Notes: a model not told the origin generated them from the sequence alone. Counted from the stretch's first letter, positions 36,093 through 49,934 are shown. The stretch: DNA of 64,000 nucleotides from Trichosphaerium sp. ATCC 40318 (GCA_038496445.1 JALMLS010000208.1:124001-188000); one strand, 5' to 3'. Program-made: numbers and translations.

Positions 36093-37918
36093 ACAGTACT
36101 TATCAATGTCTTTTTTACAAAAGGGTGACAATCTTCTTTACCAGCCGTTTCCCAAACTTGTTTCTCATTGTGAGCTCACCTCTAATGAACCCTTACGGAT
36201 TCTGTTGCTAGGTTTAATCCTGATGATATCTGCATAAAAATTTCAGTTTGTCTTGTTAAGAGCGATCGACATTGTTGTTGCGGTTTGATAAATTTGCTCA
36301 AAAAACTACTTTCGTGGATGAATTCAATATTGAGGTAGAATTGACTTCTACTTTGGAAGGTGTAAGGATTTACAAGACTATTAACGTTCATATCTCTGAA
36401 AATTTTGACTAGAAGGGAACGAAACAGTCCAAAGTCGGTATTATATTCTATTTTTATGGAAAATTATAAATACTGAGGTAGTGCACCTTTTCACAGTTCG
36501 GTTTACTTTTGATATTACCACGTGATTTGGTAAAATTCCAAGCAAAGCTAGCGTAGCGCTGGTACTTTGATACACGAGGATAAACTAGAGAGTATTGTTC
36601 TTTGTCCGTAAGTTACGTTCAGGTTCGAGCATTCTTACAAGTTTTAAATAACGAGTGTATCCCAATGACATCCAAGGATGTTAGGTTTAGGTTCAAGAAG
36701 TATTATTTATTAGCAGCGAATATCAACGATGATATACCACTGCCTTGGGCGGTGTTCAACGACAGTATTGATTATTGGGTATTCGATCCTGATTATAGTA
36801 ACGACTACACGCCTTTGTAACGGACAGTTGTAACGTTGATGTAGTTCTAATTTATTAATATTTACAAGTTAAGTAGAATAGATAACTGGGAGCGCCTCCC
36901 AATATAATGAGAGCGCGTTCGCAGTTGGTCACGAGATCTCTCATATCCTTGCTAATGGCACTCTAGTGCTGAAAGCAAGGCTGGCGCCATCCACTCCAAT
37001 CCGTACAAGAACCAGATCAGTATGGCTTGGGTGGAGTAGTGCCAAAAGTTCACAATTGTAAAAATGTAAAAGTCACCGCTAGTTGCTGTTGGTCTACCAA
37101 TGCATTTTGAGGTTTTATTTAATAAACCAGCTTACCTCAAAAAAACAAAACTTGTTTGTGAGTGAAGATGTGAACATTTCAGGCGTTTGAACCAGCATGG
37201 TTGTAACTCAGACAAACTCAAAATTTGTTTTTCAAAAAAAAAAAAAAATTATTTGACATCGTGTTGTAAATAAATCCACACGCTCGCTCTGCGCTCGAGC
37301 TATCTGTCAGGGACAGATGTGTTCCTTTCCTCCAGAAGATCGTCTCGCTGTCATAGGTTGGTTGATTGAGGATGTGGTCTAAGACAATTTGAGAAGTGTT
37401 AGCAACTTTGCAATTGTCAACCAACCGCAGTTTCTATATGTATAGTCACGTGTTTTGTAATACAAAAAGTACATGTTTCTCTTAGTTCACATGACAATTT
37501 TCGTCGTCAATGCATTTCATAGATGCGCGAGTTAATGCCAGACGGGTTTATTTGACAAATACTGCGAGGAGAAGAACTTACACAATTGTATCCACTAGTT
37601 ACAGCGGGCAAAGTGTAAACCCAAATCATGGTCCTTTCCTGTTTCGCTGTAATGGACAAACGAAGCTTAAAATTGACGGAAAATATAGAGATAAAGCCAG
37701 TACGCGCCACCGTGTCACAGCTCAAAGTTTGTTCACCATTTTAAACAACAGTTGCCCACAGTGGGATTAAAAAAGGCAATCGCGTTGAAATACCCATTAA
37801 ACTACATGTTAATCGCTGTTACGCGGAGATTGAATTACGTTCACGAATACACGTGACACAAAAGCATTTACCCATTTTGAAACACGCTTCAAAATACTTA
37901 ACATTCATTGTAGTAAGC

Positions 37919-40900
37919 ATGTCATCCACATTTTACTACAGTGTGGTCGTTACTCTTGCTCTATTTGTTTCGACATCACTTTGTGCCTCAAGCGCTAAGC
38001 CTTCTACCATTTTCTCTTGTAACGTAACATCTACGGAGTGGGGTTGCCCTCCGGCCGATTGGCTAAATAAGACTGTTAATTTGAACGGTGTAGCAACGAT
38101 GGTACCAAACCGCTTTAAATGTACGACGAACCCCGAACCACGTATGAGTTGGGCAACAAAAGCTATTCGAACTGATAATTACATGGTCTTTGCTGGCGAG
38201 GAAGATGATCCACAGACAGAGTATATACCTGGGAGTATCGTCGAAGTGACTATTTTAACCATAAAGTACAGATCAAAGTACAGAGGCTTGATGATGTACG
38301 TGCACGTGTTTGGTCTTGTTGTGTAAAATAGATATAAAATTTTTTGGGTTGATAGCTAATATGGTTTTGTCAGGTACGCTGAGGATGAGAATAACAATCA
38401 CGTGGGTGAATGGAAGCTAGCAACTGATTTTCCACGTAAGTAAAAGAGTTGCAGCTAGCCTTTTTGTACACATCCCTTATGTTACGTTTAGCTCTTTTCA
38501 AATTGCCATGGGGTTCCAACCACACTTGCGGTCATACAGTGATGCATGCGAGCGCTCAACTTAAACCTCTGAGATCAACAATTATATTTATTGCTCCACC
38601 AAAGGGTACTGGAACAATCACGTTCAGGGCGCTCATAAAGAGTGGCGATGCCAACACTGGAGACTTTTGGTGGCCTAATCTCAGTGGTGACTTCACAATG
38701 ACTGAATCAAGCGAGTCTCTTCCAACAAATACAGGATGGTTTCAATCGGAGGTAAAGCTACAATACCATCTCTTAACCCTTTTGATTCTTATTTTTTTCT
38801 TCAAGGTTGGCCAATCTTGTACTGAACGATGTGCAATGGAAAACCTTCAATGTGACTTGGTATCACTAGAGCATATCAATAGTATTGATAGGATCAACGA
38901 TGAACTGACAACATCAGGATTTCTTTGTAAGAAACCATTCCTCAGTGGATGTAGCGCTCTTGGTACAACACAAAGTACAGATGGGTTTTGCTACTATGAC
39001 GATACAAGATGTGAAACTCAAGGACGTGATGAAGATAGAGTAACTTGTGATGCAAAGACCACAAACACTGAAAACGGGTACACTTCATTTCACTTCGCTC
39101 TCTTTGTGTTGTTTTTAACTGGTTTTCAAGAATGCGTTTCTGTAGATGCTTAGAGACTACCCAAGCACCTGTCATACCAGATAATACCACCGTGCCTTCA
39201 AATGGCGGCGCTGAACCTAGTGACTTATCTCCATCATCAAGACCAGTTATTTCTATTTTGATGCTTGCCTTGTGCACTGTTGGTGTTGCTTTCTTCACAT
39301 CAAACAAGGGTCACACTTCAACACCATTTATCCTCGGACTATTACTCATCGCACTGGTCGCTTTACCTTCTACTCATGGACACAACTGGATTGAAAGTAT
39401 CAGTCGATCACCACATGCAAGCACTGAAACGCCATGTCCTCCCCCTGTTCAATATGGTCCTCATGTTCAAGTTGGTCCTAACCAGTATTTCGAAGTAGAG
39501 TATGTCCAAGGTCATGAAGACTTTTCGTATTTCGCTATTGTTCATTCGAAAAACGAAGACAAGTTGAAGCTACATACGGAAGAGATGTTTCAAAAATACT
39601 TTGATGAAGCACCTACCATCCAAACACTTAGAGTTGTACACAGACGCTACAAAGCACGTGATCCACAACCTGAAGATTCTTACTTTGGACCTGAGATTGC
39701 GATGAATGACCCTGACTTTTTACCTCGTCCAGAAGCTTTTGGAGACTGGGGAGATGATGCAAAGTTGTTTTCATACAAACCAGAGTATCACCAAGATAAT
39801 TACGCCGAATACGAAAACCCAGATATGCCTTGGATTGAAGCTGTTTTCAGAGGAGAACACTTGGTTAAGAGGGGTCTTGATTCTGATGTCGTCAAGTTTA
39901 AGATACCTGGCCGTTCTGGTACAGGAAGGTATATTCTTCATTGGTACTGGAAAGGATATCGTGATTGTACAGATGTTGATTACGTTGATCATCAAGTACA
40001 GAATATTTACGGAATTGTCGAAAATGCGACTTCTTACACGTGCGTTTATCGAGCTTTTATTTAGTCAAGTTTTTTCTTTGTTTTGGCCTTTAATATTTAT
40101 TTTCTTATAATACAATTAGGCGTATCGATCACTGCTACTTCCCAGACCATAGAGCTACACAAAGTACGTTATTTTTATTATTTTTGTACTATGGTTTTGT
40201 TTTTAATGTTGGCTTGTTAGGTTGCTCTCTAATCTACAATGACATCTCTTATTGTGCTTTAAAGTGCGGACCTAAGTGCACAGGCGTCGCAGTTATGCCT
40301 CTATCTGTTGCATCAAGATACAAAGGAGAAGCGTCACTCGTACCAGATGAGTGTTTTGAACGCTTTGAGAACTCCAGTACTATTGAGAACCCAGAGGACA
40401 CTTATGTTTGCTTCATCGTATATGCCCGTATTCCTTCTGACACCTTTGGCGAAACGGAAATAGCGTTTGAAGATGATCCTGCCTACCATTCCACGTGTTA
40501 TATGAGGAGCAGCGGTCTCACATTTCCGGGATTTGTACCGCCAACAGAAAAGGAAATACCTTGGAGACACGGAGATAAATGTATCGACTGCAACACACGA
40601 GAACTCAATAAGGATTTATCATTGATGACCATTCCAAAGTGGCCACTGTCAGAGGATTGTATCAACTGCGACCTTGAACCTGTAGTTGTCGACAAGCCAA
40701 AGGTTCCTACTCTGGTCAACAAAGAGGCTGGGATGGGTTGCAACGGAGTAAGAAAAATATGGCCAGATAACCAACATCATTCGTGTAATGGCACTGCTAA
40801 TGAAGTTTCTACCCTTTGTCAAAAACAGCTAAGATTTGATGGAAGAAACGAAAAAATTGGCTTTTTCTTTCCTTCGGAGTGTGCTATGGCCGCAAGCTTA

Positions 40901-41068
40901 GACCCTGATTGTTCAGATAAGATTACAATGTATGATGGTAGTTCTGTTTATGGTGGTATTCATGCAGGGCAGTGCTTTTGTCAGACAAAGTTTGAATGCT
41001 GTAACGGATGTGTTAAGGTTGCTTTCGATGATACTAAGTATGTTTATTATGATCTCGTTATGGCTTAG
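37919..41068 (+). CDS. Putative polyprotein: signal peptide - Reeler - Cys-rich domain - TM - internal signal peptide - LPMO-like His-brace domain - Cys-rich C-terminus
   Basis: Reeler EYIPGS..YRGLMMYAED..VGEW..CGHTVMH..IAPPKGTGTITFRA. Cys module GQSCTERC...RFCRC. Two hydrophobic segments, then THG|HNW...QGH...YILHWYWKGYRDCTDV. Six in-frame GT-AG introns. Confidence 0.78.
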
Positions 41069-41751
41069 AGTAGCTACAATGCTTTTATTGATATATTGCC
41101 CTAAATAATAAACCACATTATTCACAAGACTCGCGTCTTTAATTTTCTCGCTACAAATCCAGTGGCACATGTTTTAGTAGTTTTAAGGGCATCTGACAGC
41201 AATTGCTTTTTGTAAATGTAGAGTTCAACATTGAAAACAATAAGCCCATTTAGTCAACTACAGCTACTGTGCGAGAAAACACGTTCGTACCCTGTTACTT
41301 TGTACTCAAGAAACAATTTTTGGTTTACTCTCATTTTTACATGAGCATCAATACGAATACAGTATACTACATTGTTAATTAACACCTACCTCTCATTCAA
41401 GTCTTCAACCCGACTAAGTTCAAGCGAAAACATTCACGTTTCTGGCTGATCTATCATAAAAGACGGGAAAAAAGTACAGGTCTCAAACAATCACGTGCTT
41501 GTTTATTAAGCTTAGCATGACAAAGTCGCTATAATGCTGACAACCTTAGCTACACTCTTCAATTACATTATAGAGCATTCTTGTTTCTGTCTCTGTATTC
41601 TGGTGGTAGAATTGATCGACACGTGCATCTCAAGAGAATCGCCGTTGTTAACACCAAATGCCGCCAGTTGAGATTCCAATTCTAGTACACCGCCTTTAAA
41701 TACTACTTGAGATATTGTAGGCGTAGTTTCCATTGTAACCTTTCTTTGCCG

Positions 41752-41851
41752 TTAGATTGGACAACGTTGTCAATATAAGGGAGACGCGCTTGGGAGGAAA
41801 GACGCTCAGTCTTTGGTGGCTCTAGCGTAGCCACACGAGCGGATTTATTCT
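41752..41851 (+). repeat. Dispersed repeat, copy B (partial)
   Basis: ttagattggac...gggaggaaagacgctcagtctttggtggctctagcgtagccacacgagcggatttattct matches copy A. Confidence 0.75.
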
Positions 41852-42072
41852 GCAAATGTGTGCTTTGTTATACAAGCAATACAAGCGACTGCTTGTACAG
41901 CGTCGTTACATAGGCTACTTTCATCTACAAACACTTCTAAAGCTGCTTCGTACGTTAAGAAGAAAACGGTTGGTTGTTTAAATTGTTGTGTTAAAAGATT
42001 GGGCGGATACGAATTTGCGCGGTTCCCACGTGCGTTACGCTTCCTCCTCCTGATTTTACTTGAGCATATGCA

Positions 42073-42567
42073 CCATTTGGTAATTCGTTTGTAATGTTTA
42101 CTGTTATGTTAATTATTGTAGTTGCTTGACTCTTGATTTGATGGTTCCTCATTTTGGGCGTTTTTGGTTTGTTCCCAAATCCTGATCCGTTAAGTTTGTT
42201 TCACACAAGATTAATAGTGGACATACAATTTTCTCTACAAAATATTGGGCACAATGCACATGTGGAATTTAATACATAATGACTAGAAATTAACTGCCAT
42301 ACCCACCAATGGATGATAATTTGTGAGTGAAAGTTGGGTTCTTGTCCCAACCGAAGCGATAGGCCCAACCAAAAGCAAACAGTGCTCTATATTAGCTTAC
42401 ATTCGCTGTCCCATACTCTAAATGTTTCGAATTAAAACTGGGTCAGAATCCCCTTGATTTTGTCCCATTTGGTAATTCGTTTGTTACCGTTATGTTAATT
42501 ATTGTATTTGTGCGACTCTTGGCTATTTGGTTCAGCCCAACCTATCCGTTGAATCACACAAGATTAT
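42073..42567 (+). repeat. Local diverged duplication (42073-42213 vs 42465-42567)
   Basis: ccatttggtaattcgtttgt..gttatgttaattattgta..gactcttg..atccgtt..tcacacaagatta occurs twice. Confidence 0.75.
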
Positions 42568-42796
42568 AATTGTTCACTTAACAATTTCAGTTTCCTGGTC
42601 AACTTCTTTGCTTTATGTCATGCTATTGTTTGTAAACTAATATCCATAATTACACGACGTGTGGGTAGAGTGTACGCAAGGATGTCGTGGTAGCCTCAGT
42701 AGAATTTTTTGCAATACATCAAAGTTAGCATAACAAAGCAGAACAATGGTTCGTGTCACATGACGTAGGATGATCTGACTAGTCATATTAGGTGTA

Positions 42797-42968
42797 AGAT
42801 TAGACTGATAGGCAACAATCAAGGGCACTCTGGGGAAAGACTCGCAGTGTTTGGTGGCTTTAGTGTAGCCACAATAATGGATTTACTCTACATTTTAGAC
42901 TCGTGTGATATGCAATGTTGAAAGAAAAAGGAAAACAAAATTACACAAAAAGAAACACGATTTTAGGG
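42797..42968 (+). repeat. Dispersed repeat, copy C
   Basis: Near full-length match to 8930-9113. Confidence 0.8.
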
Positions 42969-43373
42969 TGTCCACCAAACGCTTGATATGCCACATCTTC
43001 TATTCATAACATTTTTACTGTGGTCTAGTCCTCATTTGTAAGTTTCGCTTCTCTAGCGTTGGAGCTGTTCTGTCAAGTAACTTGGATTTAGGCTTGTCGG
43101 AAATTTTCATTTAATATCAACAACTAGGTGGTCGCTAAACGGCTATAGCGGGCTAGCTGTTTAAGTTTTTGGCTAACCGGCAAAGAAAAATAAGGGCACT
43201 ACCATTGTACTTCTTGCTTGATACTAGGCTTTGGATCTATGTCGAACACAAACGAATTTCAAAGCCATTGAGAGCATGAAAAACTTTAAAAAGGGCATGG
43301 TACAAGTCCTTTGGAGCAGACGTTAAGTACACAAAATAAGTCGTAGAAATGTCAAACGAAAAGTACGGGCACT

Positions 43374-46036
43374 ATGGGCACACCAACGGCCCTTTTCATA
43401 TCTGTTTGTTTCGCTCTATGCGCTGTATCATATGGCGCTACGAAACCTCATATTCTCTTTGTTGTCATCGATGACCTTGGCTTCGACGATGTAGGATTTC
43501 GCTCTCACCAAATAAATACACCTACTGTGGACTCATTAGCCGCTGAAGGCACGTGTTTTTCTTGTTTATGGTTATCTACGAGCTCACGCTCTATAAAGGT
43601 GTTATACTCGACCAGTACTACGTACAAGATGTATGCTCGCCAACTAGGTCAACGTTTTTGAGCGGGAGGTACGCGAAAACAAATTAAAACTAAAAACACC
43701 TTACGAAGTCACGTGATTTTGTTATTTCGGATTCATCGCATAATTCATTCGCTTAGATACCCTCTTCACACTGGTATTAACGACTGGATACATCCTGCGA
43801 GCTCTTTTGGGTTACCTTTGAGTATAAACACAACGGCAGACATATTAAAAGATGCGGGATACGATACACATGCTAGTACGTCAAAATACGAAAGAGGTTC
43901 ATTTGTAAATTGTTGAACAGTTGGAAAATGGCATCTTGGGTTCCACAAGTGGGATTACACGCCTACATTTAGAGGATTCAATAGTTTTTATGGGTTCTAT
44001 ACTGGTATGTTCACGTGCGTATGCGGTAACGACTCATTTATATGTGTAGGTGGCGAGGATTACTTCAAACACACGTCAAGTGGATTCTATGATTTTAGAG
44101 ATGACAAGTCGTCCAGGTAGGCTTTGACCACTTGTATTACTGTACTTTTAATGATTTCTTAAGATGCGGTGAAGGATGTTCCAGAGTAGCTTCAGAAGCG
44201 TCAGGACAGTACTCAACTACTTTGTTTTCCGAAAGAGCAGTATCTGTACGTAGAGTTGATTAAGTTTCACGTGTACCCAAGTGGATTAGTAATTTTGAGC
44301 GCACTAACCTAAAGTTCTGTCAGAGCTTATTTCTTTTGTATTTTCTGCTTCATTAATCTTCTAATCACGTGTTTTGGTTAGGTAATCGAAAATCACGACC
44401 CTGAAACTCCTTTGTACATGTACCTTGCTTATCAGGCAGTACACGCTCCAGCTGAAGTTCCTCAATCTTACGTCGATCCATACATCAACAAAATCCAAGA
44501 TAAAAAGCGTAGAACATTCGCAGGAATGCTAAGTTGTATGGATGAAGGTACGTACACTAATAATATAGCAAGTGAGATAAATACTAAGTTTGTTATTTTT
44601 GTAAAGGATTGGGAAACGTTACAGCAATGTTAAAGAAGAAGGGCATGTGGGAAAATACACTTACAGTATTCACAACTGACAATGGCGGTATGTTTGCCGA
44701 AAAACTACCTTTTTTTTGTTTTTATTCATTGATGTTCAGGTCCAACAACTACTGGAGATGGAGTTGGTGCAAGAAACTGGCCACTTCGTGGAGGAAAGCA
44801 TAGTATTTGGGAAGGTATAAGAAACCCAAATGAGCCATTTCAAACGTGATTCTCACTGGCTGTTACAATAGGTGGCACGAGAGGCACTGCTGTTGTTCAT
44901 GGTAAAATGTTAAAGAATACGCCATACACAAACAAAAATTTAATGCACTCTGTTGATTGGTTACCAACACTATCGAACCTGGTTGGTGGTAAAACACCTA
45001 CAGACCTAGATGGTACGATGCACAAGTTATAGTTTTTTCTTCTTTTTTTCTTATTATCCGCAAAACTGACTTTGGCTTCACACGCTGTCTTGTATCAAGT
45101 ATTTATTGAATTTTATTAAGGCGTTGATCAGTGGGATTCTATTGCGAATAAAGGAAAATCCGTCCGTAATGAAATACTTTATGGTATTGATGATGATCCA
45201 ATGGCAAATAGAGGCATTCGTGTTGGAAAATGGAAACTTCTTCAACAATCAGGCGGTACGCTCCAAGTCATTCTCATGTAACCTTAATATATTGTACATA
45301 GGTACTCCAGACACTTGGTATGCACCAGTAAATCTCACAGCGCCACTGTATGCGTTGAACCCTCTTCTTCAATGTCAGACTGCTTCTGGTGTTTGTTTCA
45401 ATGAAAAAGCGTTGGACACCATATCTTCAAGTACAGAGACTCTTTGTTGTGATGCTTGTATGAAGAATACAGCATGTAATGCTTGGACTCTTCATTTAGA
45501 TACATCTAAATGCAACTTATTCGGTAGCGTAGCAAATACACACAGGATATACGGGTACGTTTAATCAACAAAACGGTTTTTTCTCTGGGTGGTTTTGGAT
45601 ACTACAGACTTTAGTGACAACGCTTTGTCCTGAACCCAATAGTTCTGTTCGTTCTAGTAAACATTACCCACACCCTTTTTTGAGATATATACTGTATGAG
45701 CTAACTTTTAATTGACCTTAGGTATTGCACTTCTGGTTCTGGACATGCTAGTCTTCCTCAATTGAATGTGCAGTTGTATGACTTATCTGTTGATCCTACA
45801 GAACATCATGATGTCGCTGCTAGTAATCCAGATGTTGTTAAGTCGTTACTCGCAAGATTACAAGAAATAGATGCAACAGGTGTGCCAACAGGCCACAACG
45901 GTAAGAAATAGAGTTTTTGATGTTATCTCAAAAGCAACTAACTGATTTTGTTTCTTCCTCTTAAGATCCTAAATGTGGAAAACCTGTGCATCCTACTGAT
46001 CCGGTAGTTGGAAAAGTATGGGCTCCTTGGTGTTAG
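43374..46036 (+). CDS. Secreted arylsulfatase (ARSB-like) with a PAN/Apple-like insertion
   Basis: [61 protein letters not shown]. Inserted CFNEKAL...[15 protein letters not shown]...CNLF. 13 introns. Confidence 0.93.
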
Positions 46037-46327
46037 CTTTTGTTCATTGGTAAAGTTGCTTGTTTTTATCAATAAAACAATTCTTGGAATCTGAAAAAAA
46101 AAAGTGCCTGTGTCTCAAGAAATCAAAGTATAACCGTTTTATTGTATCAAATGCAATTGACTTGTAAAAATCCACTTTTAAACTGTTTAATATAGTACAA
46201 GGAACATACTAGGTAGGTATTCAATGGTAATACATGAGAACTAACGTATTTTCTACCCTCTTCTGTTAATACAACAAATTAACTGATTATCTTCATGTTC
46301 CATATTACAGTATACAACAGATTTAAG

Positions 46328-47577
46328 TCAAAATTCATACCATCTAAAAATATCCAAGGCATGTAAAGCCTCAGTATTCTTTTGAACACAATCAAGATAC
46401 ATACACCAGCTGTCATATTTTGTGCCTCTTAAATCAATCTCATGTACACCCGCCAATGCCTTTAAACCTTCATCTGTAATTTGATAACAACAACTGAGAT
46501 TGATGGCATGAACACCTGAAAGCCATTTCAAACCTTTGTCTGTAATACCATCACAATGACTAAGATCAATACTATGAACACCTGAAAGTGATTTTAGACC
46601 TTCATCTGTAATATAATAACAATGACTAAGATTGATAGTATGAACACGTGAAAGTGATTTCATACCCTCGTCTGTAATGCAACGGCAACGACTGATATTG
46701 ATGGCATGAACATCTGAAAGCCAGCGCAAACCTTTGTCTGTAATACGCTTACAATAACTAATATCAATAGTATGAACATGTGAAAGTGACTTTAGACCTT
46801 CATCTGTAATTTGATAACAACAACTGAGATTGATGGCATGAACACCACAAAGCCATTTCAAACCTTCATCTGTAACACCAGAACTACTAAGATCAATGGT
46901 GTGAACATCTGAAAGCAATTTTAGACCTTCATCTGTAACACGATAACACCCACTAAGATTGATAGTATGGACACCTGCTAGCCATTTAATACTGTCATCA
47001 CAAACACCTTTACAACCACTGAGATTAATAGCGTGGACACCAGAAAGCCATTTTAAGCCTTTGGTTGTAATAAGCCTACAATTCCATAGATTGATAGTAT
47101 GAACGCCTGAAAGCCATTTTAAACCTTCATCTGTAATATAAAAACAATGACTAATATCAATAGTATGAACACCTGCTAGCCATTTAATACTGTCATCACA
47201 AACACCTTTACAACCACTGAGGTTGATAGTATGAACACCAGCAAATTGTTTTGCATTACTAACACTAAAATCAAAGAGGAGAGTGATTTTTGTGTGGCGT
47301 AGAGCACTATTATGTTTTAAAAGCGCTTTTACTTCATCATCAGATTTAATACTGACACGTTCATATCCAATAACATCGTGGACAATAGAAGCAAAGAGAT
47401 GGCATGTTTGACAAGCTGCAAATCGGGCTTTGGTCGTTTGACGTAAAATATGAGCTAAAATCTCTGTTGGGAAGTCTAGAATGTGTATTGGTGTGCTTGT
47501 GGAATGTTAAACGTTAAACAGAGCGATATTGGTACAGCATACCTTTGATAATCGGTATCCGGAAGATGTATTGACAT
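46328..47577 (-). CDS. F-box + cysteine-containing LRR protein (one 5' intron)
   Basis: MSIHLPDTDYQ/STPIHILDFPTEILAHIL F-box, then about 12 LSGVHTINLSxCxxITDEGLKW repeats. The frame is open upstream of the 46918 ORF call. Confidence 0.87.
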
Positions 47578-48026
47578 ATTGAAGCTGTAAGGTAAAAATC
47601 TGGGTGCGTACTGTACTCTGGAAAATTCTTGAGTTTTTTTACGCACGTGCGAAATTAATAATAATTTTTTTTTTTGGTAAAAGTTGTGTACAACATTACT
47701 TACCATGCTGGCCATCTATCTTCAACATTACTTTATGTAAGAGGCAAGACTGATACTATTGTTTTTCTTACATTTGACCATAAAATAATGACATTGCACA
47801 GTAACAGTGGTTGACCTTTCTTTGAGACAACATGTTGTCAGTCACTTAAAGTAGGGTTTTTCTAGGTTGTTGCCACAGTATATCATAGTTATTGTACGTG
47901 TCTTTCAAGTTTGCTACTGGTTTGGCAGAAGTATCTAAGTGTAAGATCTTGTAAGAACTAACAAAACTGACAGATCAATTCTTATAAGTCAATATTTTGA
48001 GTACAGAACGTTATGTTGGTTATTTA

Positions 48027-49131
48027 TCAGTGTTTTTGTATAGCCAGTGTTTCTATCATGGCGATTGCTACAGCTTCAAACTTACGTTTGTGAAAAGCTG
48101 GACAATAGTAGCGTTCAATTTGGTTACTAATTTTTCCAACCATTTTCCCAAAAGCTCTGAATTGTATTGCTAAATTAACTTCATAGTCTTTTGACGAATA
48201 CCCTTCCTTGCGTCTATCCTCAATATCTTTTTTTATCTTATTGAACCTCTCTTCTATTACCATATGGGTTAACTTGTATGTATGGCCTGAACCAGGATAA
48301 TTGCTTGTCGCCAATCTGTAAACAGAAAAACAATTAGCTAAAATATTTACACGTGGTAGCAGATCTAGCCTGCTTTCCGTTTGCTGTGACAAACAATATA
48401 AGCAGATACAGTCAAAGCACAAGGCAGTTATTGTTTTCTGTTAGTATCCACAGAGAAATTGGTTAAGAATCTTCTTGGTTGACAAGGATGGAAGTAATTA
48501 CGTACTTAAATGATGTTGAGTAAATAGTCTGGTATTTCTTGACAGCTATTCGAAATTTACTACCTTCCATGGTATGCCACATGTTTGTGATTTCATCGTA
48601 CCTAAAAAACAATAAGATAGATAACACAATACAAACAAATTCCACAAAAATCACATGATAGTAATTCGTCAAGCAGATTTTTTTATCAAGAACAATAACT
48701 TTGATTTGACTGAAGTTAGATCTTAGTGTATTCTAAGGCACTTAGTGAGAAATCACGTACAAGTAGAGCATAGCTTCGTTCATTTCAGGTATTGATTCAT
48801 AAGAGCTGGCACTCGGTAGGGGTGACATGTTGAGGTGATATGCAACAAAGCGATAAGGTTCACTTTGACCGTTAAGTTTTCTGAACATTTGCTTAAATTC
48901 AGACATTTGATGTTTTGATAAATCATCGGAGTCGCCAGAAATAGGACATTCAGGCCAGAATCTGGTGTTTGACGCCATTTTCTTGTATTTTGTAATAAGA
49001 AGGTGTTTATTGTTGCTAAAAGAGTTTAAAGTCCAACATGTAGCACCCAAGACCTGTAATTGATCAAAAGATACTGTTTCACACAGTCTGAACCAAAAAC
49101 TAACAAGACTGACGCCTTCTTCCGTTTCCAT
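48027..49131 (-). CDS. Hypothetical protein with F-box-like N-terminus, multi-exon
   Basis: FWFRLCETVSFDQLQVLGATCWTLNSFSNN resembles an F-box. Consecutive minus-strand ORFs are joined by GT-AG introns. Confidence 0.5.
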
Positions 49132-49714
49132 GGTCGTTTATCAGTACCACGTGGTATTGTTCGGGTTAATTTAAGCACTTGGGAAATAGTTTGACCTAAA
49201 TTAGGAGATAAGGTGTTACTTACAGAATTCTTCACCTAGTTTTTCCCGCCCTTGCAACTACTTTATAAGCTAAATCAAATTCAAGCCGTGTCTGTGCAAT
49301 TTGAACGATTTGAACTATGTCATAAAAACTTGCAAAAAAGCTATAACTCATTTCTTCTTATCCCAAGCATCAAAATACTTCAGTGTAGATACATCATCCA
49401 GTGGACCCTTATTTGATTAGCATACAGCAACGCGGTCCTATTCTTTCCGAGCTGCCCTATTTTTACCGCTTTTGATGCAATCACTGCGCAGAGACATTTG
49501 CGAATCAAACGTAGAAAAACCCTTGTAAAAAAAATTCTTTAAATCAGCACTCTGTAAACTCCAAACATGACTTGCATGTTTCTTATGAGATACACTACAA
49601 GAAACAGATGTCTAGTAGATGGTGTGTAAGTACTGAGAGATGAACGCGCTCTAGTTTCCCAAAATGTTTCACAATATCATAGGTACGTGTTATTAAGTCA
49701 CAACCGTATATGTC

Positions 49715-49800
49715 AAGCATGTGAACACCTTTTAATGAATTAATGCCTTCGTTATTAACTTGCAATATGATAGAATGCTAGTATGAACACCTGCCAACGG
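49715..49800 (-). pseudogene. Decayed LRR fragment
   Basis: The reverse complement contains ggcaggtgttcatact..gaaggcattaattcattaaaaggtgttcac (AGVHT..EGINSLKGVH). Confidence 0.5.
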
Positions 49801-49934
49801 AAACACCGTCGCAATGTAGTCAGAATGTAGTCAACGAGCTTCACTTTCGTTTAATCTCCCAACCAAAATTGCTAAGAAGCGATTGCGCCACCTATCGACC
49901 TGATTACTGTCAATCAACTTATAACCCAACCAGA

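Noticed and set aside
36602-37061. Possible small gene with an HEISH (HExxH) motif
   Set aside because: I could not build a phase-consistent splice joining the motif to a start; the motif may be chance.
46328-47230. Periodic repeats as a CRISPR-like array
   Set aside because: They are in-frame coding LRR units in a eukaryotic gene, with no unique spacers or cas genes.
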